Assembly: GCA_964016885.1 (NCBI GenBank)
Contig: OZ024740.1
Location: 355,818,001 to 355,882,000 of the forward strand
Length of the DNA: 64,000 nt
Direction of reading: 5' to 3'
Origin: Eledone cirrhosa
Lineage: Eukaryota
Both the position numbers and the translations under genes were made by a program. Shown in pieces: positions 51,837-64,000 of the stretch; position 1 is the stretch's first letter, and every line of letters starts with the position of its first letter. A model generated the notes under the pieces. The model did not search any database. It had not been told where the DNA came from and saw only the letters and a list, made by a program, of their open reading frames with translations.

Positions 51837-52106
51837 TTAAAAGCACAAAAAACTAAACATTAACCATTTTAATCTCACTTTGATATCCCAATCTCCCATT
51901 ATATGAGAGACTGTGGTCATTATTTCTCTGAAATAAGTCAATGAAGAAGCCTCTATGTAGTCACATCACCCAGAAATTATGTCTTACCGTTATAAATAAG
52001 AGAAGAACATATTAGATAATGTAGTCCTAAATGTCTTTAAAAAGACAGGTTTTTGTTTTAATGAAACTAACTTGTGCTAAACAATAATATCAATGAGATC
52101 TCTTAA

Positions 52107-52324
52107 CTCTTTAGCATTTACATTACACTATATATACCATTGTATTTTTGTGGTAAAGGCTTTATCTCACAAAATTATCTCATATAATGAATTTAGGAGA
52201 TTTTGATGTTATTTATTTTGAGAACAATACCTTAACATCAGTATGAGCGGCTAGTTACAGCTGATTTGAACAGAAAGAGGTGAGGAAATTCTGGCTGGAT
52301 ATGGCTGGTTTAAAGGCTAAAGGG
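52107..52324 (-). mobile_element. piggyBac-type MITE family 1
   Basis: TTAA|CTCTTTAGCATTTA...TAAAGGCTAAAGGG|TTAA. Confidence 0.85.
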
Positions 52325-53529
52325 TTAAAGTAGAAAGACTAATGGCACTACTTCTCCATACTCTTGATTATATTAAAAAATTAAGGTTTTTCCATCCTGA
52401 AAAGCTCTTGATTAACTAATTTAATTGAATTCTTTGACTTTGTTAAATTCAGCTCTAAAACACAAAAGCATTGCTTTATCCATCACTTTTAAAAACTTTC
52501 CATTTTTATCAAACAATTTCAACACTTTTTTTTCTCTGCTTTTGAAAAATATTTTAAGGAAAGAAAATAGAAATTTGATTGATATCGATTTATACTATAA
52601 TATTTATTATATTTGAATGAAAATGATCAAATTATGCAAAAATCTTTGATATAGTATCATATATTTTCTAAGCTGATGGTTTTCATATTTAAAAACTTCT
52701 TTAAATAAATATTCAATTCTTAAATATGTATTATTTGGCTTGCTATTCAAAGGTAAAAAAAAAATGAACAAAAAAATGTAAATATAGACTTTTTAAAAGT
52801 ACAAATTTAATGTTTTTATAATAAATGAATAAAGCTTATTTAATATTGTATTTTTGCTGAGGTTCTGCAGTGACTGGACAGGAATCTTTGAGCATGAATT
52901 ATTCAGTAGTCCTCACCCATCGTCATCATCATCATTTTATGTCTGTTTTTATATTCTGGAACCAATTGACTACACCTACTCCATGACAGCATCTCACCAC
53001 ATAATATTGTCTCTTGTCATCTCCTTGATGAAGTTTAGCATTATGAGATCAGACTTCACCCATCAGGATCACAGGCAACTGCAGCTGGTGTTGTTGAAAC
53101 TGTTTACAAGAACAGTATTTATAGCCCTCAGTCAGTTTTCAATAAAATTGCTGGTATCTTGGCAACCATGCTTGCTACATTGTGTTCTATATAACACTTT
53201 ATATCTGAGTAGTATAATGAGTCAAATGAACCTAAACAGAATAATAATACTAAATATTGAATAAAAGTATGCCAATATGTCTGTTGGCAAAAATGTTGAC
53301 AAAATAATTGATATTTTTGCTGTTAAGTATTGCAGTAAACAATATTTCTTTAAGTTGCTTGGTGTGTCATTGATTAATAGAAATACTTTTTATAATTGTA
53401 TTTGTTTTTATCTTTATAAAATTATCACCACCTTAACTAAATAGTTTTCATATGCCCTACAATATCTTACCATATATTGTAGGTCATTGTTATCTCATTG
53501 GTAGGGTTTGACTGCTTTAGATCAGCCTA

Positions 53530-53925
53530 CACCACTTTTTCCGAAGTCTTCCTTGTTCTTCTTCTATAGGTTCCTGCCTTCCTTCATACTCACCACATCT
53601 CCACATCAGTCCAGTTTTCGTTCTTGTACACTCCCTCAGACTCTTTTAATGCCTGTATTCTTTCCCAACTCTCCTGCTCTCCATTGAACATACATCTTAA
53701 TATTACATATTCAGAAGAATACGCCCTCCGTATTTCTTTCTAGCCTTCGCATATTTTTCTGCTCAATGCCATTTTACTTTTACCATATAAAAGTGCAATT
53801 CACACAAGCAACATACAATCTGTCTTTCATTCAAATAGAAAACTTTTTGTTGCCAGCAGAGGTTCTCTGAACTTTCCCCATCCCCACCCTGTAGCTACTA
53901 TCATTTCATACCAACCACCTTCCTT
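53530..53925 (-). mobile_element. Old degraded RTE LINE 3' fragment
   Basis: Minus strand GWGKFREPLLATK...IALLYG...MRRLERN, homologous to the RTE C-terminus. Confidence 0.7.
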
Positions 53926-54804
53926 GTGAAAGTTTATATGAAGTCTATTTCCTTGCAAATAAGTACCATGAACGGGTAAAGTTTACTGCTGTAAATAGAA
54001 TGGGAGCTATATACTTGCAAAGGATTTTGTTAGCTTAGAGAGTTGATTTCTAATTTTACTTACTGTATAGCTTGAAGAAGGATGAATCCTGCCAGGCTGT
54101 TGTGTATTAGTTGTACTGCATGAAGGAGGATAAGGGGACCATATTATGTCATGATTATACATTCCGAATTTTGCAGGATTTCTACTTTCTTAATGTTTTC
54201 TATAAGAATGTCGTTTGACTCATTAAAGGATTTAGTGCAATACTTAAATCTGATTAAGGCAAGTAGGAAGTTGCCATTTCTTAAATCTCAATTAATTAAA
54301 ACTGGATTTCTGTATATAGTGATAGAAAGAGGTCAACTGACAACATACCAAATACAGTTATAGTTTATCTCTTTCATGACCATATTTTTAATGAAGTACA
54401 GCGTATTTCAATTAATTAACAAAGAATTTTGACTGATTTACTCAGACCATTAATTACGTCATTGTTAAGATTGTAAGATAACAAAAGGTTCTTATATCAA
54501 ATTTTGCTTGAAGGTTTTAAGTAGAAACATTTTTAAATGGGTGGTTTTATTTCATAGAACTAGAATTAGTTTTTAGGGAGTTGGTATTAAAAGGGGTAAA
54601 GGAAGATGCAAGTTAAAAAAGGTTGGGAGAAATGACACAAAAAATAGATAAAAAGAAAGAGACTGAATAGAAGGAGGTACAGAAGGGTTAGAGAAGTGGT
54701 GGAGGAAGAGAGGTTGAAGGAAAGAAAAGAAGTTGTAATTGCTTTAGGTATAAAACATCAACAATGATTCTGGTAGTGATGATACAATGGTCATATATTA
54801 TATT

Positions 54805-54999
54805 CTACATATCTGTTACCAATGCCATAATGAAGTTCTTCCTCCAGTATATCCTGTTCAATAATGCTATGTAAAGTTCCTTTGCCTCCAACATGGTGCC
54901 TTTTTCGAGAATTTTTCTCAGTCTGAAATTTGGTCTGCCAACTTGTCTGCACATATCTGGTTTCCAGAGAAGAACTCTGCCAGCAGTTTCATGTGACAC
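54805..54999 (-). mobile_element. RTE/RTE-X-like LINE 3' fragment
   Basis: AGRVLLWKPDMCRQVGRP...LLNRIYWR. Confidence 0.65.
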
Positions 55000-55358
55000 A
55001 ATGGTGATAGTAAAGTCAATAGCAGTAGTGATAGTTTTGATAGTGACTGTACTAATTCTTGTGTTAATTTAGCTCATATCCTTGTCTTGTACACAAAGTA
55101 CTTCAGTAAATCCTCCTGATATTGCACTTGATTCAAAGACTGAAAACTGATAAAGATTTTGGCATTATTTTCCCAACTAATAGATTCAATGGGCCATTCT
55201 TTTCCAATGATTAAAAACTATCTTAGAAACTCCCAAGAATGCCATATTGATTTCTTTTGATGGGACACAATGCCAATTTTGAGATGGAAATGAGTTGACT
55301 TTGGAGTTTTATTTTTTATTTTTGGAGGTACAATTTTTTCAGCCAGTTTGTTTCTTAA

Positions 55359-55570
55359 CCCCTTGGCGTTTAAACTGGCTATATTCAGCCATAATTCTCT
55401 CACCTCTTTCTCTTTAAACCTGCACTCATAATGACATTAAGGTATTGTTCTCAAAATAAATAATATCAAAATCTCATAGATTCAATATTATGTGAGATAA
55501 TTATATCAGGTAAAGACTTTGCCATGAAAATATAATAGTATATATATAGAGTAATATAAATGCTAAAGGG
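55359..55570 (+). mobile_element. piggyBac-type MITE family 1
   Basis: TTAA|CCCCTTGGCGTTT...AAATGCTAAAGGG|ATAA. Confidence 0.8.
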
Positions 55571-56329
55571 ATAAACAATATCTCAAAACATAAAAAAATA
55601 GATTTAGATCAAATCCTTTTTGTATGAATGGACCCATAACTTCTGATGTAGTTGTGGGGGTAACTGTCATAATAGGTGTGCCTTGGGCATTTTAGATGTG
55701 ACAGAGCTGATCACTCTCCTTTCTCTAGGTCTGAACACAAACAATTTTTTCCATAGAAGAAGAAAGAGAAAAACAGGAAGTGAGTAAGAGATGTAGAGGA
55801 AGAATTGACACCTATATTGGATAGGTACTTTTATTATCAACTTTGAAAGGATGAAAGACATAGTTGATCTTGTTGGGATTTGAACTCAGACCAAAGAGAG
55901 CTGGAATGAATAATGTGAATCATTCTATCTGACATCCTAATGATTCTGCCAATTCATTGTTCCAAATCTTTTTTACATAAATGCAAAACGAAAATGGAAA
56001 AAATTTTTATTTTTTATAATCAACTCCCAACATCCTGTAATGATTAATCAGAGAAATATTTAAAATAGGTGTATTAATTGAAATGTTAATGTCTTCACTA
56101 GTGGACAGATTATTCAAAACATTTGTGAAGGAAATATACAACTGTCACCACAGACTTTTATATCTGTTGACAATATGGCATTTACAACAACTGGCTATGC
56201 ATACACACACACATATATATATAATCATAGAGAAAGTATTTATTATTTGAACAGATTGTAAGTTTTAGCACAGAATCTCTACTTTACTCTCTCCAGGTAT
56301 TTTCAGAAACTGTTATATTCTTTATGGTT

Positions 56330-56702
56330 CATCATCATTTAATGTCTATCTTCCACGCTAGCATGGGTTAGACGGGTTTGTCCCATTTGAGGCAAGTTTG
56401 GTTGGGTGACCGTGTCTCACTCATAAAGGACTGTTTCTGGCTGGTTTTCTATGGTTGGCTGCCCTTCCTAGCGCCAACTGCATTTACGGTGTGTGCTGGG
56501 TGGTTTTTGCTGTGTCTCCTACATGACCACTTTATAGTGTGGGCTGGAGTTTTGTGATACCAACATAACTTCTCAGAGTAAGGTGGTGTGGGCAGAAGTG
56601 GGAGGGATGTGTGGGGTGTAGGGTGTATATTGGATTAAGAGGTGCCTACTGAGTGTATGTTTAAGTCTGTGCACAAGGGAAGGCGGGTCTTCTGTATTAC
56701 TG
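56330..56702 (-). mobile_element. RTE LINE 3' UTR fragment
   Basis: Reverse complement of the RTE ORF end (AAGACCCGCCTT) through the (GAT)n tail. Confidence 0.8.
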
Positions 56703-56936
56703 CAGATAGCTGCTCAATTGAAACTGTGATAGTTTCTTTTGACTGGCTTTACCAATATAAGAGAGTAACTACATAAGACTTAACGACCTGTACCACATAA
56801 CGCTACATTAGAAAGGCATTCTCAAAAAGTGCAAAACAGTTTCACATTAAAATTTAAAGCCTTTACTTTAGTATAATGAAAAATTTCACTGTCTACTAAT
56901 AAAAATACTATAAACATTTGAATTAAACTTTATTAA

Positions 56937-57144
56937 CCCTTTAGCATTTAAACCGGCCATATCCGGACAGAATTCTCTCACCTCTTTCTGTTCAAACCAG
57001 CTGTAATCAGATGCTCATACCAATGTTAAGGTATTGTTCTCAAAATATATAACAGCAAAATCTCGTAGCTTTGATATTATGTGAAATAATGCCTTTACTG
57101 TGAAAATACAATAGTAAATATAGAGTAATGTAAATGCTAAAGGA
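56937..57144 (+). mobile_element. piggyBac-type MITE family 1
   Basis: TTAA|CCCTTTAGCATTT...AAATGCTAAAGGA|TTAA. Confidence 0.9.
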
Positions 57145-58020
57145 TTAAACCACACTAGCAAGATATTCCTGAAAAGTACAAAACAGCACTATGACTGTTT
57201 CACATTAAAATTTAAAGTTTTAACTTTAGTTTACTGAAAATTTTCACTATGACCTATCCACAAGTAAATATACGATAAACATTTGAATTGACAAACTCAT
57301 TTTGTGTTATTATCTGTTAAATTCTTACAGGATGTTTAGTTACTTACATTTTACAGTATTTCAAACTATTTTGTGCCATTTATTTGATTTGTAAACAAAA
57401 TATAACTCTTAATAGTGGGTGTGGAAAAAATGAAAGAGTATAAAATCAAGAATTTGGGAGTTGGAGGAGACAGCTGATGATAACATTGCTACTTGCAAAG
57501 TTTTCCCACATGACATTGTGGCCTTGTACTAAATAATTAAACTCTGTTTATTATCAACAGATGTGTTCTATTGTCTAAAATGTTTGGAAAAAATTAAATA
57601 AATTGTAAAGAGGTAGGTATTCAGGCCACCAGTTCATTAAACATGAAAATGTGTTTTTTAAAAAAGAGAAAAAGACGATGTTGACTCCTTAATAATTCTT
57701 AGCAATCTAAGTTAGCTCTTCCCCATTATAAATCATCTGTTTATCTTCAGCATTATAAATTTCTGTATACATTTTTGATCAGGAAGCCAATTAGAAAAGG
57801 ACAGCTCATAAAATATGGAAGAGTAGAGCACAACTTTAAGCCATAAACTGCCAAACTGAACACTAATATCATTTAATAGAACAAGTTTCACCAAATATTT
57901 AAATCTGATAATTGAGCATTGACTAAAAGATATTTTGCTTCCTGAAGATGATGTTAAACACTTTACCAATCAGCCAGCATGCTCAATTTAGATTGCATCT
58001 AAAAGATGGCTACTTCTTAA

Positions 58021-58235
58021 TCCTTTAGCATTTAAACCAGCCATATCTAGCCAGAATTCTCCCATCTCTTTCTGTTCAAACCGGCCATAACCAGCTGCTC
58101 ATACTGATATTAAGGCATTATTCTCAAAATAAGTATCAAAATCTCACAGATTCGATATTATATGAGGTAATTATGTAAGCTAAAACCTTCACTGTGAAAA
58201 TATAACAGTAAATATAGAGAATTGTAAATGCCAAG
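58021..58235 (+). mobile_element. piggyBac-type MITE family 1, right end damaged
   Basis: TTAA|TCCTTTAGCATTTAAACC; body homologous to 56937-57144. Confidence 0.8.
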
Positions 58236-58238
58236 TCA

Positions 58239-58272
<34 letters not shown>

Positions 58273-59698
58273 CAGGCTGTCACACAGTTTACATCTGTGA
58301 GGAACAATGAATTAAGTCTGGTAGCCAGTTTATCTAGCAGTTAGGACCTCATATCAATATGAGGAAGGGAAGTGAGCAATATAGCTGTTCTGAAGAAGGC
58401 CCCAAAATAGTGAGCATTCTTTCCTGATAACCTCATGAGCTTGCTATTACCCAGTGTGTGGAGCTGTTAACTGGTAGCACTTTCATCTGCAAGTTGTTTG
58501 TAAATAAACTACACTTCCAATGTATTGATCACGCTAGAGGAACAGAAAACATAAACAGAAATATATTTGGCTTCAGAATTAATTCACAATTTATTGGTAA
58601 CCTTTTACCTTTAAAATTAATATACCTTTCTCAAACAAAATTTAGTGGTTAAAAACATGAAAGAATAATCATTAATTGAAATAATTTTACATCCTCTTTT
58701 TCATACTGGCATACATTGAAAAAGTTGTTGCAGACCAAGTCAGTACTTAATTAGAGGTAATGTTCTCCTAAATGAGACTGATGGTCAAGTCCCACACAAT
58801 GCATCCCATTTCTGGCATGGATTCTACAGTTGGATACCTTTTCTAATATCAACCATTTTACAGAGGGTACTGGGTGTACTTTATTGCGACATCAGCCCTA
58901 AGAAGACTGACATGTCCTTGACGTGATTGAAGAGCTCTCTCTAACCTTCTTGTTTTTTTGAAATGATTTATATTGAAAAGAATCAAAACAGACAAAATAA
59001 ATAAAGTCGCTAGAGTGAGCAGGTGACAAGTGTGTGAATAAAAATTGGTTGTAATATAAAGTTAAAAAAATTAAAGAAACGAATAAATAGCTAACTGTGT
59101 ATATGTTTGTATAATTAACAAAATAACATACTTGACACTACATAAATGACATACATACAGGCTAGGAGGAAAGAAACTTTCTATTGAAAATTATTTATAA
59201 CTTTTGTTAATATCACTATGTTTGCCTGAAACAAAATATATTATGATCCCTGAAGTGGTAGAGTTTTATTGTCAATTTCTGTTTGTATTTCAGAGTAACA
59301 TTTGTAGCCCAGAATAGGACAACACCTGACACTGCATGAATGATCTCAGCTAGCATTGCGTTATGAAGTGTAGCAGTCTGTGTTACAAATGCAGAGATGG
59401 AGGCACAGTGTTCATGGACCTCATGCCGAAACCATCTGAAATTTTCATTCCAAGCTGATGAGCTTAGGATCTGTGGTAAATACCCACAGAAACAGTCGTC
59501 CTTCAACATCCAGATTGGAAAAATGTGCAAAAGGTAGAGGAAAGGTTTAACTGAAGTCCCCAAATGTCAACATGCCAGGCCCCTTGTGAAAGTAATCTAT
59601 CCTGTACCAATAATTAATAAAGTTATTAACAATTTAAAATAAGGAGTTTCTTTCCACCAACTCCCTATATTACATGACTACATCAAGAGCCTCTACAT

Positions 59699-60014
59699 CA
59701 GAGGTTCTCAAACATTTGGGGCCACCAGCCCCCTCATGGCCATATAATACCCTCAGCGTCCCCACCCCTATTTCCAGAGAGACCTGCCTACATGCAAATT
59801 ATAACTAATATATAATAAATATAATATATACTATGTATGAATAAATATTATATATTTTTTTATCTTACTATATTTATATCTAATATGTAACATTTGATAT
59901 TTAATATACTATTATATAATCCCTACTGCCCCCTCCCCCCTTAGGCCTCAGCGTCCACCTGGACCTTCTCAATGCCCCCTGGTGGGGTGGCAGTGCCCAC
60001 TTTGAGAATCTCTG
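59699..60014. mobile_element. hAT-type MITE
   Basis: TIR CAGAGGTTCTCAAA / TTTGAGAATCTCTG; 8-bp TSD CTCTACAT/CTATACAT (7 of 8 match); nested in an (AAC)n-tailed dispersed repeat. Confidence 0.85.
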
Positions 60015-60414
60015 CTATACATAGTCAATCGATATGCTAGAAGTTGCAGTCAAATGTCTCACAGATCACACCCTACTATATTAAGAAAAAAGTACATATT
60101 GGATAGTGTGGCCCATGCTACATTGTACTCTGAAAGAAAAGATGGGATGATTATAAATAAAACATATTTGATCATAGTTTTCTGTGACATGAGTTGACAT
60201 GGGACTAAACAACAACAAATTAAATTTTATCAAATCTAATTGCTAAACAACAACATCATGACACCAACAAAACAATAAAGACAGGATGTAAATACAAACA
60301 CATGCCAACATACATAACATACTTACAATACATAACATAATATACAGACGATACATGGCAACATAGATGGCATACATAGCATATACAACAAAATACATAA
60401 AAACATTTATTTAA

Positions 60415-60616
60415 CCCTTTAGCATTTACATTAAACATTGTATTTTCACAGTAAAGTCTTTACCGCATGTAATTATTTCATATAATACTGAATCTATGAA
60501 ATTTTGATATTATTTATTTTGAGAACAATACCTTAACATCAGTATGAATGGCTAGTTACAGCCAGTTTGAAGAGAAAGAGGTGAGAGAATTCTGGCCAGA
60601 ATGCTAATGGTTTAAA
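60415..60616 (-). mobile_element. piggyBac-type MITE family 1
   Basis: TTAA|CCCTTTAGCATTTAC; homologous to 52107-52324. Confidence 0.8.
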
Positions 60617-61399
60617 GATCAAACTAGCATTTCTTCCTCTGCTTTGACCATGCTCCTTTTAAACTACATACCTTTTACTTTACCACCATCCTTCATACAT
60701 TCACTAGTGAAGTTTTCTTCCATTTAATTTCCTTTTAATTATTTTCTTTTATTTTTTTTTATGCTACACATTTTTTATGCTACACCTACAGTTTAAAGTC
60801 CACCGATCAAATTTTTCACCCTCTAAACAATAATCACACTCCCATGTAACTACCCCTTCAATTCTTTCATTTTCCAGTAAACCCTACCAACTTCTGCCAT
60901 CTACATAGCTTAATTGTTTTCCTATAAATTGCCAAGCATAAACTAATGTTTTCATTAGATAACTAGCCAGCTCTGGTGAAACTTGAATGGCAGTAAACTG
61001 ATATATAAATATATATATATCAGCTATTGTCCATAGAAATGCCTTTGCCATTTTGTTTGCAGGGCACAGCCAAAACATCACTCTGACCAACATGTAGAGT
61101 CTGTCACCCTCTCCCCTTCCCAATTTCTTTCTTCCTTTATCTAGTAGTCCTTGCTTTTCCCTCCTTTTACTCTCATTTATGGCTTTTATAGTCCTTTCCA
61201 ATACTGCTTTCTTTTTCTGTATGTTTAACCAATTTATAGTTATACTCTTTTACTCTTTTACCTGTTCCAGCCATCCGGCTGAGGCCATGCTGGGGCACCA
61301 CTGGGCAACAATAAATAAACATCATAGTATTCATCTTAAATTTAATGAATAGTCTATCATGCCATCTGTGTGACTTCTTCCGTCAAGTATGTATGCTGA

Positions 61400-62100
61400 A
61401 TTTGTCACTGATCCAGACATTGGCTCTTCCCTCAAACTCTGTAGCAAATGTCCAATCACTCCTTCATGCACTGGAATCAGCTGCTGTTCATATTGGACTC
61501 TACTGCAATGACTAAAAAACTGAGTTTATCTCAACAGATGTTAGCATAGTAACAGTAACAGTAAACCCTTAAAGCAAGTAGAAGACTTTAAGTACCTTGG
61601 TTCCTTCATAATGAACTCAGAAAAGGACTTCCAAAGGCATAGATCCATGGCCTGGAATGCATTTCATAAGCTGGATAAAATTCGGAAATCCACTATACCA
61701 AACAAACTTAAAATCAGCCTGTTTAGAACAACAGTAGAGCCTATCCTTCCCTATGGACCTAGCACTCCTCACTACAGAGCAGGTTAGATGATGTTACACT
61801 ACCCAATATTACTTGGTGGACCCATCTCACACTTAATCAGATAAACAGAAAAATCCCAAAAGTAAGTGCATGGCTGATTGAACGTCGTACAAGGTTTGAT
61901 GGTCACTGCTTCTGTGCAAAAGATGAAATGGTTTCAGACCACTTTTGTGTGAGATCTCCTTTGCCAGAAAGCTCAGATACCAGGATATCATAGCAAGAAA
62001 CATGGGAATTGACAAAGAAGACCACAGACCTTGATGGGAAACAGACTTTTGGTGTGAAGTTGTGCTTGCCCTCTCGCCTAACAGTGCTGGATAAGATAAG
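61400..62100 (+). mobile_element. Degraded RTE/RTE-X-like LINE fragment
   Basis: KPLKQVEDFKYLGSFI, AWNAFHKLDKIRKS, KISLFRTTVEPILPYG. Confidence 0.8.
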
Positions 62101-62385
62101 ATGTATGTATGTATGTACGTATGTATGTATGTGTATGTATGTGTGTGTGTATATGTATGTGCGTGTATGTGTGTGTATGTGTGTATGTATGTATGTGTGT
62201 ATGTATGTATGTGTGTATGTATGTATGTATGTATGTATGTGTGTATATGTGTATGTATGTGTGTGTGTATGTATGTGTGTGTGTGCGTATGTGTGTGTGC
62301 ATGCGTGTGTGTGTGTATGTATGTGTGTATGTATGTATGTGTGTGTATATGTGTATGTATGTGTGTGTGTATGTGCGTTTGTGTG
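62101..62385. repeat. Compound (TGTA)n/(TG)n microsatellite
   Basis: Direct inspection. Confidence 0.95.
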
Positions 62386-62594
62386 TGGATAATAGATACA
62401 CTTCTGGTTCATTGTACAGATCTCACTTCATTTAAAAATGAAGTATTTTTCACTGAGAGTGTTTAATAAAGAAATATAAAATGAATTAATCTGAGTGATG
62501 ACATCAAAGTCTATGTGAAAGAAATAGAACAGAATGGAAGATTCATGAATATATAGTACAAAGCAGATATGTTATATATATATATACAGGCATA

Positions 62595-62917
62595 CTCATT
62601 AACTCCGATTTCGACGACGAGTGTTCCAGTTGATCTGATCAATGGAACAGCCTGCTTGTGAAATTAACATGCAAGTGGCTGAGCATTCCACAGACACCTG
62701 TACCCTTAACATAGTTCTCAGGGTGATTCAGCATGACACAGAATGTGACATGGCTGGCCCTTCAAATTACAGGTACCATTCATTTTTGTCAGCTGATTGG
62801 ACTGAAGTAACATGAAATAAAGTGTCTTGCTCAAGGACACAACAATGTGCTGCTGGGAATCGAACTCACAACCTTACGATTGTGAGCTGAGTACCCTAAC
62901 CACAAAGCTACATGCCT
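62595..62917 (-). mobile_element. CORE-type SINE B copy with a different 3' body
   Basis: Minus strand tRNA head (GAGTTCGATTCC) and CCTTGAGCAAGACACTTTATTTCA block. Confidence 0.8.
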
Positions 62918-64000
62918 TTACATACATACACATAAACTTCCACAAACTCTCACAGACACATACATATTAAATTCTAGAATTTGAAAAATTATATTTTTAC
63001 AGAGAGATATTATACTAAAAGAAAAGAAAAAATCTTTGTGCAATAAAGATTCTGATTATAGTATTTTATTGGTTGAATGAAGTTGGTAAGGTAGCAATTT
63101 ATCAGTCAAACATTTATTGGCTCCTAGCCTATCACTAACTAATGATGATCTATGTTCTGTGTGGGTGGAAAAATAGTTGTTAAATAGACATAATTAAGGA
63201 GATAGTGATCCTTTACCCTAATTAGCATTGCTACAAAAATAATTGATAAGTTAATTCAACAAAAGACCTGTAATTTATATTGAAGAAGGAATATATAGCA
63301 TTTATAGCTCTTAATCAAAATTATCTAAAATAGTGCCTTAGCCTCGCTATCACCCATGGCAATGCTGTGAGCATATTGGCTTGCTTCAAGTGTTTAGTTA
63401 ACCCATATGATGTGATGTTTGGCCGACTGTCGTACTTGGTGGCGAATTGATGGTTGATTTTGTTTTTGCTTCCTACCCCTTTTTTCTTTTTTCTCTCTCT
63501 CTTTTATGTGTTTATATTTGTGCTTATCAATAGTATTATATTTGTAATGTACTTCTGAATGGATTGCGAGCAATTTATGTTATTTACACATTTGTAACCT
63601 TATTTATGTATATATTTAAACCATATTTGTGATGTTATTTATACAACTGTGAATAACATTTTTGCAGTGAGTTCATCTTTGAACAGGTTGCTTAGGTGGG
63701 AGCACTGTTAGGCTTCTGTCGATTATGATGACATGTGTTACAATTGTCCCAACAACAGAACAGCTTCTTGGGTGCATTATATTGTGGCACCTGCACTAAC
63801 CTTTTAGAGCATGGATTAACTGCATTTTATGATGGTACCTGCATGGTGCATAGGGCACATTCCTGTATGGCTTTAACACTAGTGTGATCATTGTATCCTT
63901 AATAACAAAAAAAAAAAAGAAAAAATAGTTATTTTACGATATCTCTCCAAATTCTTGATTATATTCAAAATAACTAGCAGTGTCTATCTATGGTAATGAA

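Noticed and set aside
59216-59620. 115-aa minus-strand ORF, or a plus-strand terminal exon after TTTGTATTTCAG
   Set aside because: No recognisable homology; all plus-strand frames stop within 15 codons; cannot be supported without transcripts.

Overview
AT-rich, repeat-dominated animal (eukaryotic) DNA. The SINE, LINE and microsatellite make-up strongly suggests an octopus or other cephalopod; this is an inference, not a database result. No host protein-coding gene can be recognised with confidence, and the window looks intronic or intergenic. Retroelements: RTE-clade LINEs (one near-full-length degraded copy and one 5'-truncated copy with an uninterrupted 607-codon frame, both with a C4HC3 PHD finger inside the RT region), Penelope-like elements (PLEs) with a C-terminal GIY-YIG endonuclease, a GC-rich CRE-like/RLE retrotransposon relic, a probable solo LTR and two tRNA-derived SINE families. 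DNA transposons: a defective MULE with TIRs and an 8-bp TSD, hAT, piggyBac and mariner-type MITEs, and non-autonomous Helitrons. Also present are a 5S rRNA pseudogene and many (TA)n/(CA)n microsatellites. The most notable signal is a set of about 9 minimal type I hammerhead-ribozyme (HHR) motifs. Three lie in the 3' UTRs of GIY-YIG PLEs and show compensatory changes in stem II. The rest lie in short non-coding elements next to (TA)n tracts. Two of these elements are long fold-back palindromes (172-bp and 258-bp arms), and several share a second conserved stem-loop downstream of the ribozyme. Coordinates of degraded repeats are approximate.
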